Of a stretch of 64,000 bases of DNA, positions 1 to 9,863 are shown one piece after another. Source of the stretch: an uncultured delta proteobacterium (lineage in GTDB: Bacteria; Desulfobacterota; Zymogenia; Zymogenales; Zymogenaceae); assembly GCA_963735595.1 (NCBI GenBank), contig CAVTLK010000005.1:96001-160000 (forward strand), given 5' to 3'. The position numbers were made by a program, and so were the translations under genes. The notes under the pieces are model-generated. The model was not told the origin of the DNA. It saw only the letters and a program-made list of their open reading frames with translations, and did no database searches. The first letter of the stretch is position 1, and each line of letters begins with the position of its first letter.

Positions 1-64
1 TCTCGGATCGGCGGCCAGGAACGCGGCCGAGCTTGCCCGGATGATCACGGAACGGGCGGGGTAG
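1..64 (+). CDS. 3' end of an unidentified CDS cut by the window edge
   Basis: Open frame LGSAARNAAELARMITERAG* ending TAG at 62-64; too short to assign. Confidence 0.3.
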   Translation, partial: LGSAARNAAELARMITERAG

Positions 65-115
65 GCGATTGCCGCGGGATGCCGCCGGTTCATCCCGGAA
101 GGAGGGGCGCTCCGT

Positions 116-1135
116 ATGCAGCAGGTCCTTTTCGCCACCGGATTCCTTGCCGTTTGCGCCGTCCTTACTATCCTTATCATTGGTATGGTCGCACTGATCC
201 GGGCCGTTCGGAGGCCGGTGCCCGCGCACGTGCTTTCCGACTACGGCGGCTTTGTAACCGTCGACGATCTCTCCATTCACCTGTGGCAGCAGGGTACGCA
301 ACGCCGCCGCGCCGTCCCGGTTATCCTCATTCACGGGTTCGGCGCCACAAACTGGTGCTGGAGGCATACCATCGCGCCTCTTTCGGCCCGTCGATGGGTA
401 GCTGGCCCCGGACCTGCCGGGGTTCGGGCTGTCTGACAAGCCCGAGGAGTTCGACTACAGCCTATCGGGCTACGCCCGCTTCATCGTCTCTTTTATGGAC
501 GCTATGGGGATTCGCCAAGCGGTGCTGGTGGGGAACTCTATGGGCGGCGGGGTAGCCGTCATGACGTCGCTCCTGGCTCCCGACCGGATTCAGAGGCTCA
601 TCCTCATCGATTCGCTCGGGTATTACCGGCGGACTTTTCGGCTCTATCGGTTGTTTGGGCTTCCGATTGTCCGGGACCTGGTCATGGGCATGGCCGGGAG
701 TCGTTCAATCAAGCTGTTGTTGAAGGCGCGGGTCTATTATGATTCCTCGCGCCTCGATGACGAGACGGCCCGGCGTTTCGCGCTTGCCTACCGAACCCGA
801 AACGGGAGAAAGTCCCCGATCTGGGTCTACCGGGGGTTTGCCCCCTATCCGACGATTGCCCGCCCCGAGATATCGAGGCGGTAAGGACGCCGACACTTAT
901 TATCTGGGGTGAAAAAGATCAGATCCTGCCGGCCTCCCATGCCGCGAATTTCGGCGCGGATATCGCCGGGTCGACGACGGTGGTCATCCCCCAAACGGGT
1001 CACGTCCCCCACGAGGAGCGGCCCGAAGCCGTCAACCGGCTGATCCTCGATTTCATTGACAATACCGCGGACCTCGGGGAGAAACAAGGCGGCGTGCGGC
1101 CCGGGGTCCCTTTTGACTTGAAATCGTCCCGGTGA
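116..1135 (+). CDS. Membrane-anchored alpha/beta hydrolase (two frameshifts, ~405 and ~880)
   Basis: N-terminal TM helix, LIHGFG oxyanion motif, DLPGFG, GNSMGG nucleophile elbow, then PTLIIWGEKDQI and GHVPHEE in another frame ending TGA at 1133-1135. Confidence 0.85.
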
Positions 1136-1175
1136 ATGTGCCATACTAAACCGATCATTGAGGAGGGCGTATCCA

Positions 1176-2122
1176 ATGAAACGAGCGATTGTCATAATCG
1201 GTGCGGTTATCGGGCTTATCGTCCTGGGACTGGGCATACACTGGGCGGTATGGGAACTCGTGCCCCCGGTGGCGGGAAAGGACCTGGTGGATAGCGGGAC
1301 GTTTAAGGAGATTGACGGGATGCAGATCCGCACTCGAGCACGAGGGGTCGGGCCCGGCGATTATCCTGATTCACGGCTATACCAGCAACCTCTCTACCTG
1401 GCGGTTCAACACCCGCGAGATGGCGGCAAAGGGCCTTTCTGTCTGGGCGCTTGACCTGCCCGGCTTCGGCTACAGCGACAAGCCCGAGGATTTCGGCTAT
1501 ACGCTGGCCGACTACGCGGATTTCATGGCGGCCTTCATGGACGCCGAGGGCATACCACAGGCGACGATCGTGGGCAATTCGATGGGGGGCAGCATCGCGA
1601 TGATGACCTATCTCATGCATCCCGACCGGGTCGGAACGGCTCGTCCTGATAGACTCCGCGGGATATCCCAAGGAGGAAGGGGGCTTCTTGATATTCGATC
1701 TCATGGGGTACCCGGTCATCGGTGAGCTGATGATGTCCTTCAACTACCGCTGGGTCGTCAAGTCGTCGATGCTCTCGGGGGTCTATTACGATAACAAGTT
1801 TGTGACCGACGACGTGATCGACTCCTACTATAACGTCTACAAGACCGAGAACGGAAAGAAGACCCCCCTCTGGGTGGGCAGGAGATTCGACTGGGACAAT
1901 GACTTGGGCACCGATAAGATCAAGACGATCGGCGTGCCGACCCTCGTCATCTGGGGCGAACAGGACACGCTTATTCCCGTCAAACAGGCGGACTATTTCG
2001 AGCGGGATATCAAAGATTCGCGGGTGATCGTCATCGGCGAGGCCGGGCATATGCCGCACGAAGAGAAGGCGGAGATCGTCAATGGGTTGATTTCCGATTT
2101 CGTCAAGGGTGCGGCGAAGTAG
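1176..2122 (+). CDS. Membrane-anchored alpha/beta hydrolase, paralog of the previous gene (two frameshifts, ~1335 and ~1640)
   Basis: TM helix MKRAIVIIGAVIGLIVLGLG; LIHGY, DLPGFG, GNSMGG, WGEQDTL and GHMPHEE spread over three ORF fragments; GAGGAGG RBS upstream. Confidence 0.88.
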
Positions 2123-2146
2123 CCGCCCGGGACAAGGAGTAGACTC

Positions 2147-2653
2147 GTGCGGGTAAAGTCGCTGAGCCAGATAGGGATGACGGTGGGTAGCCTCAAGGCG
2201 AGCATCGATTTCTACTGGGGGCACTTCAGGCTGCCGGTGATTGAGGTTATGGAGCGGCCGTCGGGCGTCATCAGGGAGGTCTACGGGCCCAAGGACCCAA
2301 CGGTGAAAATGGCCATCCTCAGATGCGGGTGGGGAAGCTTCATCGAGCTCTTCGAGTTCTCGCCGCCAACGGCGGGCCGGGAGGCGGGGCCAAGAGGGCC
2401 CGGTTTAACTCATCTCACGCTCGATGTCGGAAACGTCGACAGGGCCTACAGGCGGCTCACGGCCCGGGGGGTGAAGTTCCTCGGCCCACCGGTACACGAG
2501 AAGGGGGCGCACTTCGTCTTCCTGAAAGACCCCGACGGCCACCTGGTCGAGCTTATTGACATGGGGATCCTCTACTACCTCAATAAATTCTTCGGGAGGT
2601 TCGTGGGCTGGATCAACATGGCAACCCGGTTCAGGAATCGGGACATGATATAA
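2147..2653 (+). CDS. VOC (glyoxalase/methylmalonyl-CoA epimerase-like) family protein
   Basis: SQIGMTV..SIDFY, IELFEF, GLTHLTLDV and FLKDPDGHLVEL VOC motifs. Confidence 0.88.
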   Translation: MRVKSLSQIGMTVGSLKASIDFYWGHFRLPVIEVMERPSGVIREVYGPKDPTVKMAILRCGWGSFIELFEFSPPTAGREAGPRGPGLTHLTLDVGNVDRAYRRLTARGVKFLGPPVHEKGAHFVFLKDPDGHLVELIDMGILYYLNKFFGRFVGWINMATRFRNRDMI

Positions 2654-2679
2654 AAAAGGACTTAAGCAAGGAGATATCT

Positions 2680-3186
2680 ATGAGGGTAAAAACGCTGAGC
2701 CAGGTAGGAATGACGGTTAAAAGCCTCAAGAAGAGCGTCGATTTTTACTGGGATAATTTCCGACTGCCGGTCATCGCGGTAGTGGATCTGACCCCCACGG
2801 TCATCAAGGAGATCTACGGTCTGGAAAAGACCAAGGTAAAGATCGCGATGCTCCGGTGCGGATGGGGCAACTTCATCGAGCTCTTCGAGTTCACGCCGTC
2901 CGAAAAGGGAACAGAGGCCAAGTGGAATTGCCCCGGGATTACGCACCTTGCCCTGGAAGTACCGAATGTCCACAAGGCGTTCAAAGAGCTCACCGCCAAG
3001 GGCGTAAAGTTCCTAGCCCCGCCGATGGTGGAGAGCGGAAACACCTTTGCCTTTTTGAAGGACCCCGACGGGCACCTCGTGGAGCTCACCGATCTCGGGT
3101 TCCTCTACTACGTCAACAAGTTCCTCGGAGGGATCGTCGGCCGGATTAACATGGCCACGAAATACAAGAATCGGGATAAACTGTAG
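2680..3186 (+). CDS. VOC family protein, tandem paralog
   Basis: Same length (168 aa) and motifs as the upstream gene; AAGGAG RBS. Confidence 0.88.
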   Translation: MRVKTLSQVGMTVKSLKKSVDFYWDNFRLPVIAVVDLTPTVIKEIYGLEKTKVKIAMLRCGWGNFIELFEFTPSEKGTEAKWNCPGITHLALEVPNVHKAFKELTAKGVKFLAPPMVESGNTFAFLKDPDGHLVELTDLGFLYYVNKFLGGIVGRINMATKYKNRDKL

Positions 3187-3201
3187 GATTACTCTCTCGA
3201 T

Positions 3202-3231
3202 GGGAGCGGCCTCACGATGCGAGGCGCTCCC
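3202..3231. terminator. GC-rich hairpin between convergent genes, possible terminator
   Basis: GGGAGCgGCCTC-loop-GAGGCGCTCCC stem; no U-tract. Confidence 0.3.
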
Positions 3232-3324
3232 CGCCTCCCTCAATCGGGGCGCCGAATGGAGTCCGTCCGGTCGATCCGACCATCGCCGGCGCCCGCTCTC
3301 CAAAGCGGTCGATACATGGGCCGC

Positions 3325-4731
3325 CTACAAAAAAATCTTCCCCGGATTCATGATCCCCTTGGGGTCCAGCGCCTCCTTGATGCGGCGCATGACGGCAATC
3401 TGGGCGGCATCGAGCGAAAGTCCGAGATACTCCTTTCGTATGAGGCCGATCCCGTGTTCTCCGGTTATCATGCCGCCGAGCCCGGCGGCAAGCTTATAGA
3501 GCCCCTCGCGCGCCGCGGGCAGCCGTTTGTGCCATTGACCGTCGGATAACGCCCCCTTCATCAGCTCTACATGGATATTGCCGTCCCCGGCGTGCCCGAA
3601 AAAAATCGAGCCGATCCCGGCCTCGGTAAGAAGCTCCTTGGCCCTCCCCACGAGGGCCGGTATGGCGGCCCGGGGCACCACTACGTCCTCGCCGCACTTG
3701 GCCCCGCCCTCGGCCACAACGGCCTCCCGCATACACCGCCGTCCCTCCCAGAGGCGGTCCCGGGTGGCGGCCGATTCGGCCACGATCATGTCCCGGGCGC
3801 CCTGCTGTTTTACCGTCTCCCAGAGCCGCTCCATCTGGCGGTCAACAGCTGGCTTGTCGTCGCCGTCCAGCCGGATGAGGAGCTGTGCCCCGGCGTCGGG
3901 GAAGGGCAACTCCTTTTTCAGGAAACGGGAGGCCAGGGTTATGGCCTCTTTCTCGATGAATTCGATAGCCGTGGGGACGATACAGGCCCTGATGACGGCG
4001 CTCACCGCCGATGACGCCGCCGCGAGATCCTCAAACGGGACCATAAAGTCAACCGAATAGGGCGACTGCGGCAGCAGACGTACCGTGATCTCGGTGATGA
4101 CGCCGAGCGTCCCCTCGCTGCCGACAAAAAGCCCGATGAGGCTGTAACCGGTGGCGTTCTTGACGATCTTGCCGCCGAGCCGGGAGACAGACCCGTCGGG
4201 AAATACAACGACCAGTCCCGTCACGTAGTCCTTGGTCGTGCCGTACTTAACGGCGCACGGCCCCCCCGCGCCCTCGGCGACGTTTCCTGCAAGCGCGCAG
4301 GAGTCGATGCTGGCCGGATCGGGCGGATAGAAGAGGCCGCGAGAGGCCGCGGCCCGGGCCAGGTCGCCGGTTATCACGCACGGCTCGGCCACCGCCATGA
4401 GGTTGTCCGTATCGATCTCGATGATACGGTTCATCCTCTCCAGCGACAGGATAATGCCCCCGTGGGCCGGCACGGCCCCGCCCGTCACCCCCGTGCCGCC
4501 GCCCCGGGGGGTGACGGGGATCGAGAGCTCCGAGGCGAGCCGCATGACCTGCGCTACCGCTTCCGTCGTCCGCGGCCTGACCACAACCTCGGCCAGACCG
4601 GAGGCCTCGGTCGTCTCGTCTCTCGAATAACGGCCGACGATCTGGGAATCGTGAGAAACCGAGTCCCACCCCGCTATAGCGGTCAGCCGCTCGATGGTTC
4701 GGGCATCGACCGGGGCAAAGCGCCTGTTCAT
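3325..4731 (-). CDS. FAD-linked oxidase, GlcD/D-lactate dehydrogenase family
   Basis: PRGGGTG, FYPPDPAS, KYGTTKDYV, GSEGTLG, GHAGDGNIH, GEHGIG and DPKGIMNPGK motifs. Confidence 0.92.
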   Translation of the reverse strand: MNRRFAPVDARTIERLTAIAGWDSVSHDSQIVGRYSRDETTEASGLAEVVVRPRTTEAVAQVMRLASELSIPVTPRGGGTGVTGGAVPAHGGIILSLERMNRIIEIDTDNLMAVAEPCVITGDLARAAASRGLFYPPDPASIDSCALAGNVAEGAGGPCAVKYGTTKDYVTGLVVVFPDGSVSRLGGKIVKNATGYSLIGLFVGSEGTLGVITEITVRLLPQSPYSVDFMVPFEDLAAASSAVSAVIRACIVPTAIEFIEKEAITLASRFLKKELPFPDAGAQLLIRLDGDDKPAVDRQMERLWETVKQQGARDMIVAESAATRDRLWEGRRCMREAVVAEGGAKCGEDVVVPRAAIPALVGRAKELLTEAGIGSIFFGHAGDGNIHVELMKGALSDGQWHKRLPAAREGLYKLAAGLGGMITGEHGIGLIRKEYLGLSLDAAQIAVMRRIKEALDPKGIMNPGKIFL

Positions 4732-4772
4732 CGCAACTCCTCTATGCCGTTTCGGCCGCGCCGCGTCCGTTA

Positions 4773-4801
4773 TTGACTTTCACGGCCGGGCACGGTACGA
4801 T
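4773..4801 (+). promoter_or_regulatory. Sigma70-type promoter, probably producing a leaderless transcript
   Basis: TTGACT-N17-TACGAT; ATG at 4809 lies 7 nt after the -10 box. Confidence 0.6.
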
Positions 4802-4808
4802 AACTCCT

Positions 4809-5123
4809 ATGGAACAACGCATCAGGTACGCAAAAGCAGACGCTATTATATCAGAGAGGTCGACGTTCCGCCACGATTGTCTGGCGCCTGGCGGGGCGCC
4901 GCCGCAAGAAGATGCCGGACCTTCCCCCGACGAGCCCGGCGTAACGGCACCCCCGCCGTTTCCGAGACCGCCGCGCGCCGCACAGCCGGTCACCTGCCGC
5001 GGGTGTTTCAACCGTTGCGTGTTGTCACCCGGCCGGCCGGGTACCTGCACGGTTAAGCGCAACATCGCAGGACGCATCACGGGGGTCAGGCTGCGCGTCA
5101 AGGCGGTCGTCGGCGGCCCGTGA
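4809..5123 (+). CDS. Small Cys-rich hypothetical protein resembling the N-terminal Cys module of AmmeMemoRadiSAM radical SAM enzymes
   Basis: VTCRGCFNRCVLSPGRPGTCTVKRNIAG after a Pro-rich linker. Confidence 0.55.
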   Translation: MEQRIRYAKADAIISERSTFRHDCLAPGGAPPQEDAGPSPDEPGVTAPPPFPRPPRAAQPVTCRGCFNRCVLSPGRPGTCTVKRNIAGRITGVRLRVKAVVGGP

Positions 5124-5208
5124 TCGGGCGCTCCCCGCTCTGTTATCCCTGATGCTTCACGCACTATCAGTTATAAAGCAGTACCGAGTATTTCACGATT
5201 AACCGGGT

Positions 5209-6696
5209 ATGAACATGGACACAGGCATGAGCGACACGAAATCCGAGCTGACCCCCTTCTTTTACCCCCGGTCGGTAGCGGTCGTCGGCGCATCGACCAC
5301 TTTCGCGAAATGGGGGACGATTATTTTTCACAACATTCTCCTCGGCGGTTTCACCGGAGGGATATATCCTGTCAACCGGAACCAGCGCGAAATCTTCGGT
5401 CTGCCCGCCTACAAGAGCCTCGCCGATATCCCGGGTCCCGTCGACCTCCTCATGGTCATCGTCCCGACCGAGAAAGTCATCGGCGTCATTCACGAGGCCG
5501 GGCAAAAGGGGATTAAGGCCGCCGTCATCATCACGGCGGGATATTCCGAAACGGGGGTCGACGGCAGGCGCCTGGAGGAAGAAACAATCCGGGTTGCGCA
5601 TCAGTACGGCATGCGGGTTCTCGGCCCCAACTGCATGGGGATGGTGAGCATGCCGGTGCGCCTGACGGCCTGGATGCCCTCCCATATCCCGGAGGCGGGA
5701 GGGGTCTCCGTTGTCACGCAGAGCGGCAACATGGGCACGAGCATCTCCACGAGCGTCGTCCGAAGAGGGCTTGGGATCGCCCGGGTCGTATCGACCGGTA
5801 ACGAGGCCGATCTGACCACCGTTGACGTTATCGACTATCTATCAGAAGACCCCGAGACCGCCATAATCCTGTCGTATATCGAGGGTGTGGAAGACGGGTC
5901 AGGACTCCTGAGAACCCTCAGGCGGGTCTCCCGAAAAAAGCCCGTCATCGTCATCAAGGCCGGCAGCACGATAGCCGGGGCCCGGGCCAGCTCCTCCCAT
6001 ACGGGGGCGATGGTCGGTAGCGATGAAATCTTTTCAACGGCGCTCAGGTCGTCGGGTGTGATACGCGCGCAGGATATCGAAGAGATGGTCGATTACGCCG
6101 CGGCGCTCTCGTCCCAGCCGATCCCCCGGGGTAACCGGGTCGGCGTCATCACGCTGGGAGGCGGCTGGGGGGTCATGGCGGCCGACGCCCTTGCGCAGCA
6201 CGGCTTGGATGTGGTCACCCTGAGGCGTGAGACCGTCGACCGGCTCAATGAAATACTGCCCCCCTACTGGAGCAGGGGCAACCCGGTGGACCTGGTGGCG
6301 GGGCTCAAAGACGGCGATTTCAAGAAGCCGCTGACGACGCTCCTGGAGAGCGACTATATCGACTCGCTGATGCTCTTGGGTATCGGGTACGGCGGACTCC
6401 GGGGCAGGTTTATCCTGGAGTCCCGCTTCAGCCACCTCTATGACATGAAAGAGATAGGGCAGTATTTCATAGAGGCGGACGAGGCCACCGCGGAGGCGAT
6501 CATCAGCCTGATCGACGTCTATAAAAAGCCCATCATCCCGGTAGTTGACCAGAGGATTCTGGAGGAAGATAACCAATTCAAGGGGATTTTGAAGCGTAAG
6601 GGGATTTTATTGTTTCCCTCTCCCCTGAGAGGGGCGATGGCCCTGTCGGCCTTGGTGAGGTACGGGCAGTACGTGAACCCCGGCGCTATTTCATGA
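5209..6696 (+). CDS. Acyl-CoA synthetase (NDP-forming) alpha-type subunit / CoA-binding protein
   Basis: PRSVAVVGAS, GPNCMG, QSG, SHTG phospho-His motif, NPVD; no ATP-grasp domain. Confidence 0.9.
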   Translation: MNMDTGMSDTKSELTPFFYPRSVAVVGASTTFAKWGTIIFHNILLGGFTGGIYPVNRNQREIFGLPAYKSLADIPGPVDLLMVIVPTEKVIGVIHEAGQKGIKAAVIITAGYSETGVDGRRLEEETIRVAHQYGMRVLGPNCMGMVSMPVRLTAWMPSHIPEAGGVSVVTQSGNMGTSISTSVVRRGLGIARVVSTGNEADLTTVDVIDYLSEDPETAIILSYIEGVEDGSGLLRTLRRVSRKKPVIVIKAGSTIAGARASSSHTGAMVGSDEIFSTALRSSGVIRAQDIEEMVDYAAALSSQPIPRGNRVGVITLGGGWGVMAADALAQHGLDVVTLRRETVDRLNEILPPYWSRGNPVDLVAGLKDGDFKKPLTTLLESDYIDSLMLLGIGYGGLRGRFILESRFSHLYDMKEIGQYFIEADEATAEAIISLIDVYKKPIIPVVDQRILEEDNQFKGILKRKGILLFPSPLRGAMALSALVRYGQYVNPGAIS

Positions 6697-7192
6697 TATC
6701 TTCCATGAGGCCCTGTGCACCGTTGGTCACCAGGATTACGAACTTCCGGTCGTTTTTGTCTTCATAGTAGAAGTAGTGTTCGCCCCCCCGGCGGGAGTCG
6801 AGGACCTGTTTCCAGGATTCAACCTCAGTGGGGACGTAGGTCTGGGGGAGCCGCGCCAGGAACCCATTGGTCGTGCAGGCGCAGTGCAGGTGCGCATGGC
6901 CGTGGCCGTCTCCGTGCCCGACGAAGTCCCAGGCCAGGCCCTGTCCGGTATGTTCATAAAAGATACACGAGCCGAAGTCGGTGTTGAGCATGCGCCGGAC
7001 GAGGGAGCGCATCTCTTCGAATTCGATAATGATCTCTTCGGGGATATCGGCCATGGTAAGATAATGGCCTTTGGGAATGATGAGAGCGTCACCCACGCTC
7101 TTTGACGTCATCATGTAGAAGTTATGGCTGTCAAAGAGGATGTCTGCGGGGCTGGGAAAGCAGAGAGGGCATTCCTTATTCGAAACCGACAT
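6686..7192 (-). CDS. HIT-like (CwfJ C-terminal-like) nucleotide hydrolase
   Basis: N-terminal CPLC, LIIPKGH, IFYEH and HAHLH histidine triad. Confidence 0.7.
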   Translation of the reverse strand: MSVSNKECPLCFPSPADILFDSHNFYMMTSKSVGDALIIPKGHYLTMADIPEEIIIEFEEMRSLVRRMLNTDFGSCIFYEHTGQGLAWDFVGHGDGHGHAHLHCACTTNGFLARLPQTYVPTEVESWKQVLDSRRGGEHYFYYEDKNDRKFVILVTNGAQGLMEDIMK

Positions 7193-7300
7193 ACGTGATG
7201 TCTATCTCCTTTAGATAAACTGCAACACTGCTTCCCGGTGTTTTTCGGGCATTACCCGCGGGCCACCTGCCCACCCTTCGGCGGCCGATCCTGAAAAAGA

Positions 7301-7738
7301 TCAGGCGCTTGCCTTCAGCTTCTCGCGGATGCTTTCCTCGACCTCTTTTTCCACTTCCATGAGGCTGATGAAGACGCCCTGACCGGTCGTGCCCTCGTAA
7401 GCCTTCCCGTGGTAGATGACGATAAGACGCCCTCCCGCAGGAATGATCGGGGTGTTGGCGAGAAGGTTTTCCATGTCCGGGAAGAGGTCTTTTGACTTCT
7501 TGATAACCCGGGTTATCATGTTGGTGGAAACCCCCTCCTCCTTGAGGTTCAGGATTGTCTTGATGGCCACTAGATCGAGAAACGAATAGGTGGTTTGTTT
7601 GCCCGTGCCCTTTCCGCGCGACTTGAGGAGGTTTTTCCTCCAGTAGTAGAGCTGCTGACGGGTGATGCCGAACAGATCCATCACAAAGGCCGCGGAGTAG
7701 CTTCGCCCTTTGATATCGTTAGTTTCCGTTCCAGCCAT
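7301..7738 (-). CDS. MerR-family HTH transcriptional regulator
   Basis: GITRQQLYYW...YSFLDLVAIKTILNLKEEGVS MerR winged-HTH pattern. Confidence 0.8.
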   Translation of the reverse strand: MAGTETNDIKGRSYSAAFVMDLFGITRQQLYYWRKNLLKSRGKGTGKQTTYSFLDLVAIKTILNLKEEGVSTNMITRVIKKSKDLFPDMENLLANTPIIPAGGRLIVIYHGKAYEGTTGQGVFISLMEVEKEVEESIREKLKASA

Positions 7739-7844
7739 ATCGTCACGTCATATAATAAAGTGGTATAGTACGTATGGTATTGAGCGCCCTGGTCTTATCT
7801 CCCGCGGGTCGTATCGCGGCCCCGATTCGTTCCATCCCGAACGG

Positions 7845-7913
7845 ATAGTATCAAAAACGGGGAAATTTGGCAATATATAAACACATTTTAGGAAGAAAAA
7901 AGGGAGATGTCAA
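7845..7913 (-). promoter_or_regulatory. Two tandem sigma70-type promoters upstream of merR-HIT
   Basis: Minus strand TTGACA(7913-7908)-N17-TAAAAT(7890-7885) and TTGCCA(7873-7868)-N17-TACTAT(7850-7845) in an AT-rich spacer. Confidence 0.65.
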
Positions 7914-7990
7914 GTAAAAAGTAGAAATAATTTATTATTACCTTTATTTTTGTGTCGCACAAAACGGTAAGGGTAGCAAACGGCCGCCGC

Positions 7991-8761
7991 TCAGTTGATA
8001 TCGGTGGGCGGGGCGGTATGCATCAGGAATGCGCCGTCTGTGAGGAACGCGCGCGCGTTTGTTATGGTGTCGTCATAGAAGCAGATGAGGTTATGGATGT
8101 GATCCAGGAGCAGAAAGTCGGATGCCTCGGGCAGATAGGCTGATCGGACGGCGACGATGCCGTCATCGTCGCCGGGAATGAAGATCGAATACCCCTGCCC
8201 GTCTCCCTTTCCTCCAGTGATGACTCCGAATTCCACGGCGGGCGCCCCGCCGCAGAGCGCGCATAAATAATCGGGGCCCTGGGCCATCTCCATCAGCGCC
8301 GGGCCAAGGACCCTGTCGGCCAGCGGGAAGCGCGCCGCCAACTCCGCCTTGGTAACGCCGCGGTTTGGCGTGGCGATCATCACCAGGCGCCTCGCCTGGG
8401 GCGGGTGGTATTTAGCCAGGTAACAACGGGCGACCAGCCCCCCCATGCTATGGGTGATGAAGTCAAGCTCGTATGGACCGGTAATGCCTTCCGTCCCCCG
8501 CTCAATGACCCCTGCCAGGTAATCGGCGCATTCTTCTATGCTCATGGTAACGCTCGGGTAGGTCTTGTTGATCACCACGTATCCCTCGCTGATGAGCTGT
8601 TTCTCCATGAAATAGAGGTGGAAACGGGTGTCCATAAAGCCGTGAACGAGGACGACAACCCTGACCGGCTGTTCGGCGGCCCGTGCCGTCGATGGGGCCG
8701 GGAGTGCCGATAAAAGCAGCATAATCGGAATGATCGTAATGATGGATTTTATGTGTCTCAC
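7991..8761 (-). CDS. Secreted lipase/esterase-like alpha/beta hydrolase
   Basis: Signal peptide, [28 protein letters not shown], late His. Confidence 0.85.
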   Translation of the reverse strand: MRHIKSIITIIPIMLLLSALPAPSTARAAEQPVRVVVLVHGFMDTRFHLYFMEKQLISEGYVVINKTYPSVTMSIEECADYLAGVIERGTEGITGPYELDFITHSMGGLVARCYLAKYHPPQARRLVMIATPNRGVTKAELAARFPLADRVLGPALMEMAQGPDYLCALCGGAPAVEFGVITGGKGDGQGYSIFIPGDDDGIVAVRSAYLPEASDFLLLDHIHNLICFYDDTITNARAFLTDGAFLMHTAPPTDIN

Positions 8762-8787
8762 CGTATGTCCTTCAATTGTATTTTTAC

Positions 8788-8851
8788 ATTCTACCGTCCT
8801 TTTGTCCGGCCGTCAAATAGTCTTGAAAACAATAGGCCGGTATGGTACGAT
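8788..8851. promoter_or_regulatory. Back-to-back sigma70 promoters (lipase on minus, hemB on plus)
   Basis: Minus TTGACG(8816-8811)-N17-TAGAAT(8793-8788); plus TTGAAA(8823-8828)-N17-TACGAT(8846-8851) with extended -10 TGn. Confidence 0.6.
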
Positions 8852-8882
8852 TTTACAATTACCACGGGGGAGGTGGCCGGTA

Positions 8883-9863
8883 ATGTTTCCGGTAACCAGG
8901 ATGAGACGTCTCAGGACGAAAGAGCCGATCCGGCGCATGGTCGAGGAAACGACATTAACTGCCGCCGATTTCATCTATCCGATGTTTGTCGTTTTCGGCG
9001 CGGGCAAGAAGGAGGAAATCTCCGCCATGCCCGGTGTCTTCCGCCTCTCGACCGACCGGCTGGTTCGGGAGGCAGAACGGGTGTGGCGCCTCGGGGTCAG
9101 GGCCGTGCTGCTCTTCGGTATCCCCGAGACAAAGGACGAGATGGGAAGCTCCGGGTATGATGACGACGGGGTCGTGCAGAACGCGGTAAGGGCGCTCAAA
9201 GGCGCTCTCCCCGACCTCGTGGTCATCACGGACGTTTGCCTCTGCGAGTATATGAGCCACGGCCACTGCGGTATCGTGGCCGACGGCACTATCGTCAACG
9301 ACCCTACGGTGGAGCTGCTTGCCCGTATAGCCGTCACGCACGCCCGGGCCGGGGCCGACATCGTGGCGCCGTCGGACATGATGGACGGGAGGATCGGGTC
9401 AATCAGACGCGCCCTGGACGAGGAGGGGTATGCCGATACGGCGATTATGTCGTACGCGGCCAAATACGCGTCGGGATTCTACGGGCCCTTCCGGGAGGCC
9501 GCGGGGTCCGCTCCCTCCTTTGGGGACCGCCGCTCTCACCAGATGGACCCCCCCAACGTACGAGAAGCACTGCGGGAGGTGGCGCTGGACGTCGAGGAAG
9601 GGGCGGATATTATCATGGTAAAACCCGCGCTGGCATACCTTGACGTAATCTCGCTGGTCAGGGATCGTTTTGACCTGCCGATCGCGGCCTACAGTGTGAG
9701 CGGTGAATATGCGATGGTCAAGGCGGCGGCAAACAACGGATGGATAGACGGCGAGCGCGTCATGATGGAAATCCTGGTATCCATCAAGCGGGCAGGGGCG
9801 GATCTGATCATTTCATATTTCGCGCCCGAGGCGGCCGAAATCCTGTCGCGGCCGGCATCGTAA
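8883..9863 (+). CDS. hemB: Porphobilinogen synthase
   Basis: [20 protein letters not shown]n site, [22 protein letters not shown]. Confidence 0.97.
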   Translation: MFPVTRMRRLRTKEPIRRMVEETTLTAADFIYPMFVVFGAGKKEEISAMPGVFRLSTDRLVREAERVWRLGVRAVLLFGIPETKDEMGSSGYDDDGVVQNAVRALKGALPDLVVITDVCLCEYMSHGHCGIVADGTIVNDPTVELLARIAVTHARAGADIVAPSDMMDGRIGSIRRALDEEGYADTAIMSYAAKYASGFYGPFREAAGSAPSFGDRRSHQMDPPNVREALREVALDVEEGADIIMVKPALAYLDVISLVRDRFDLPIAAYSVSGEYAMVKAAANNGWIDGERVMMEILVSIKRAGADLIISYFAPEAAEILSRPAS

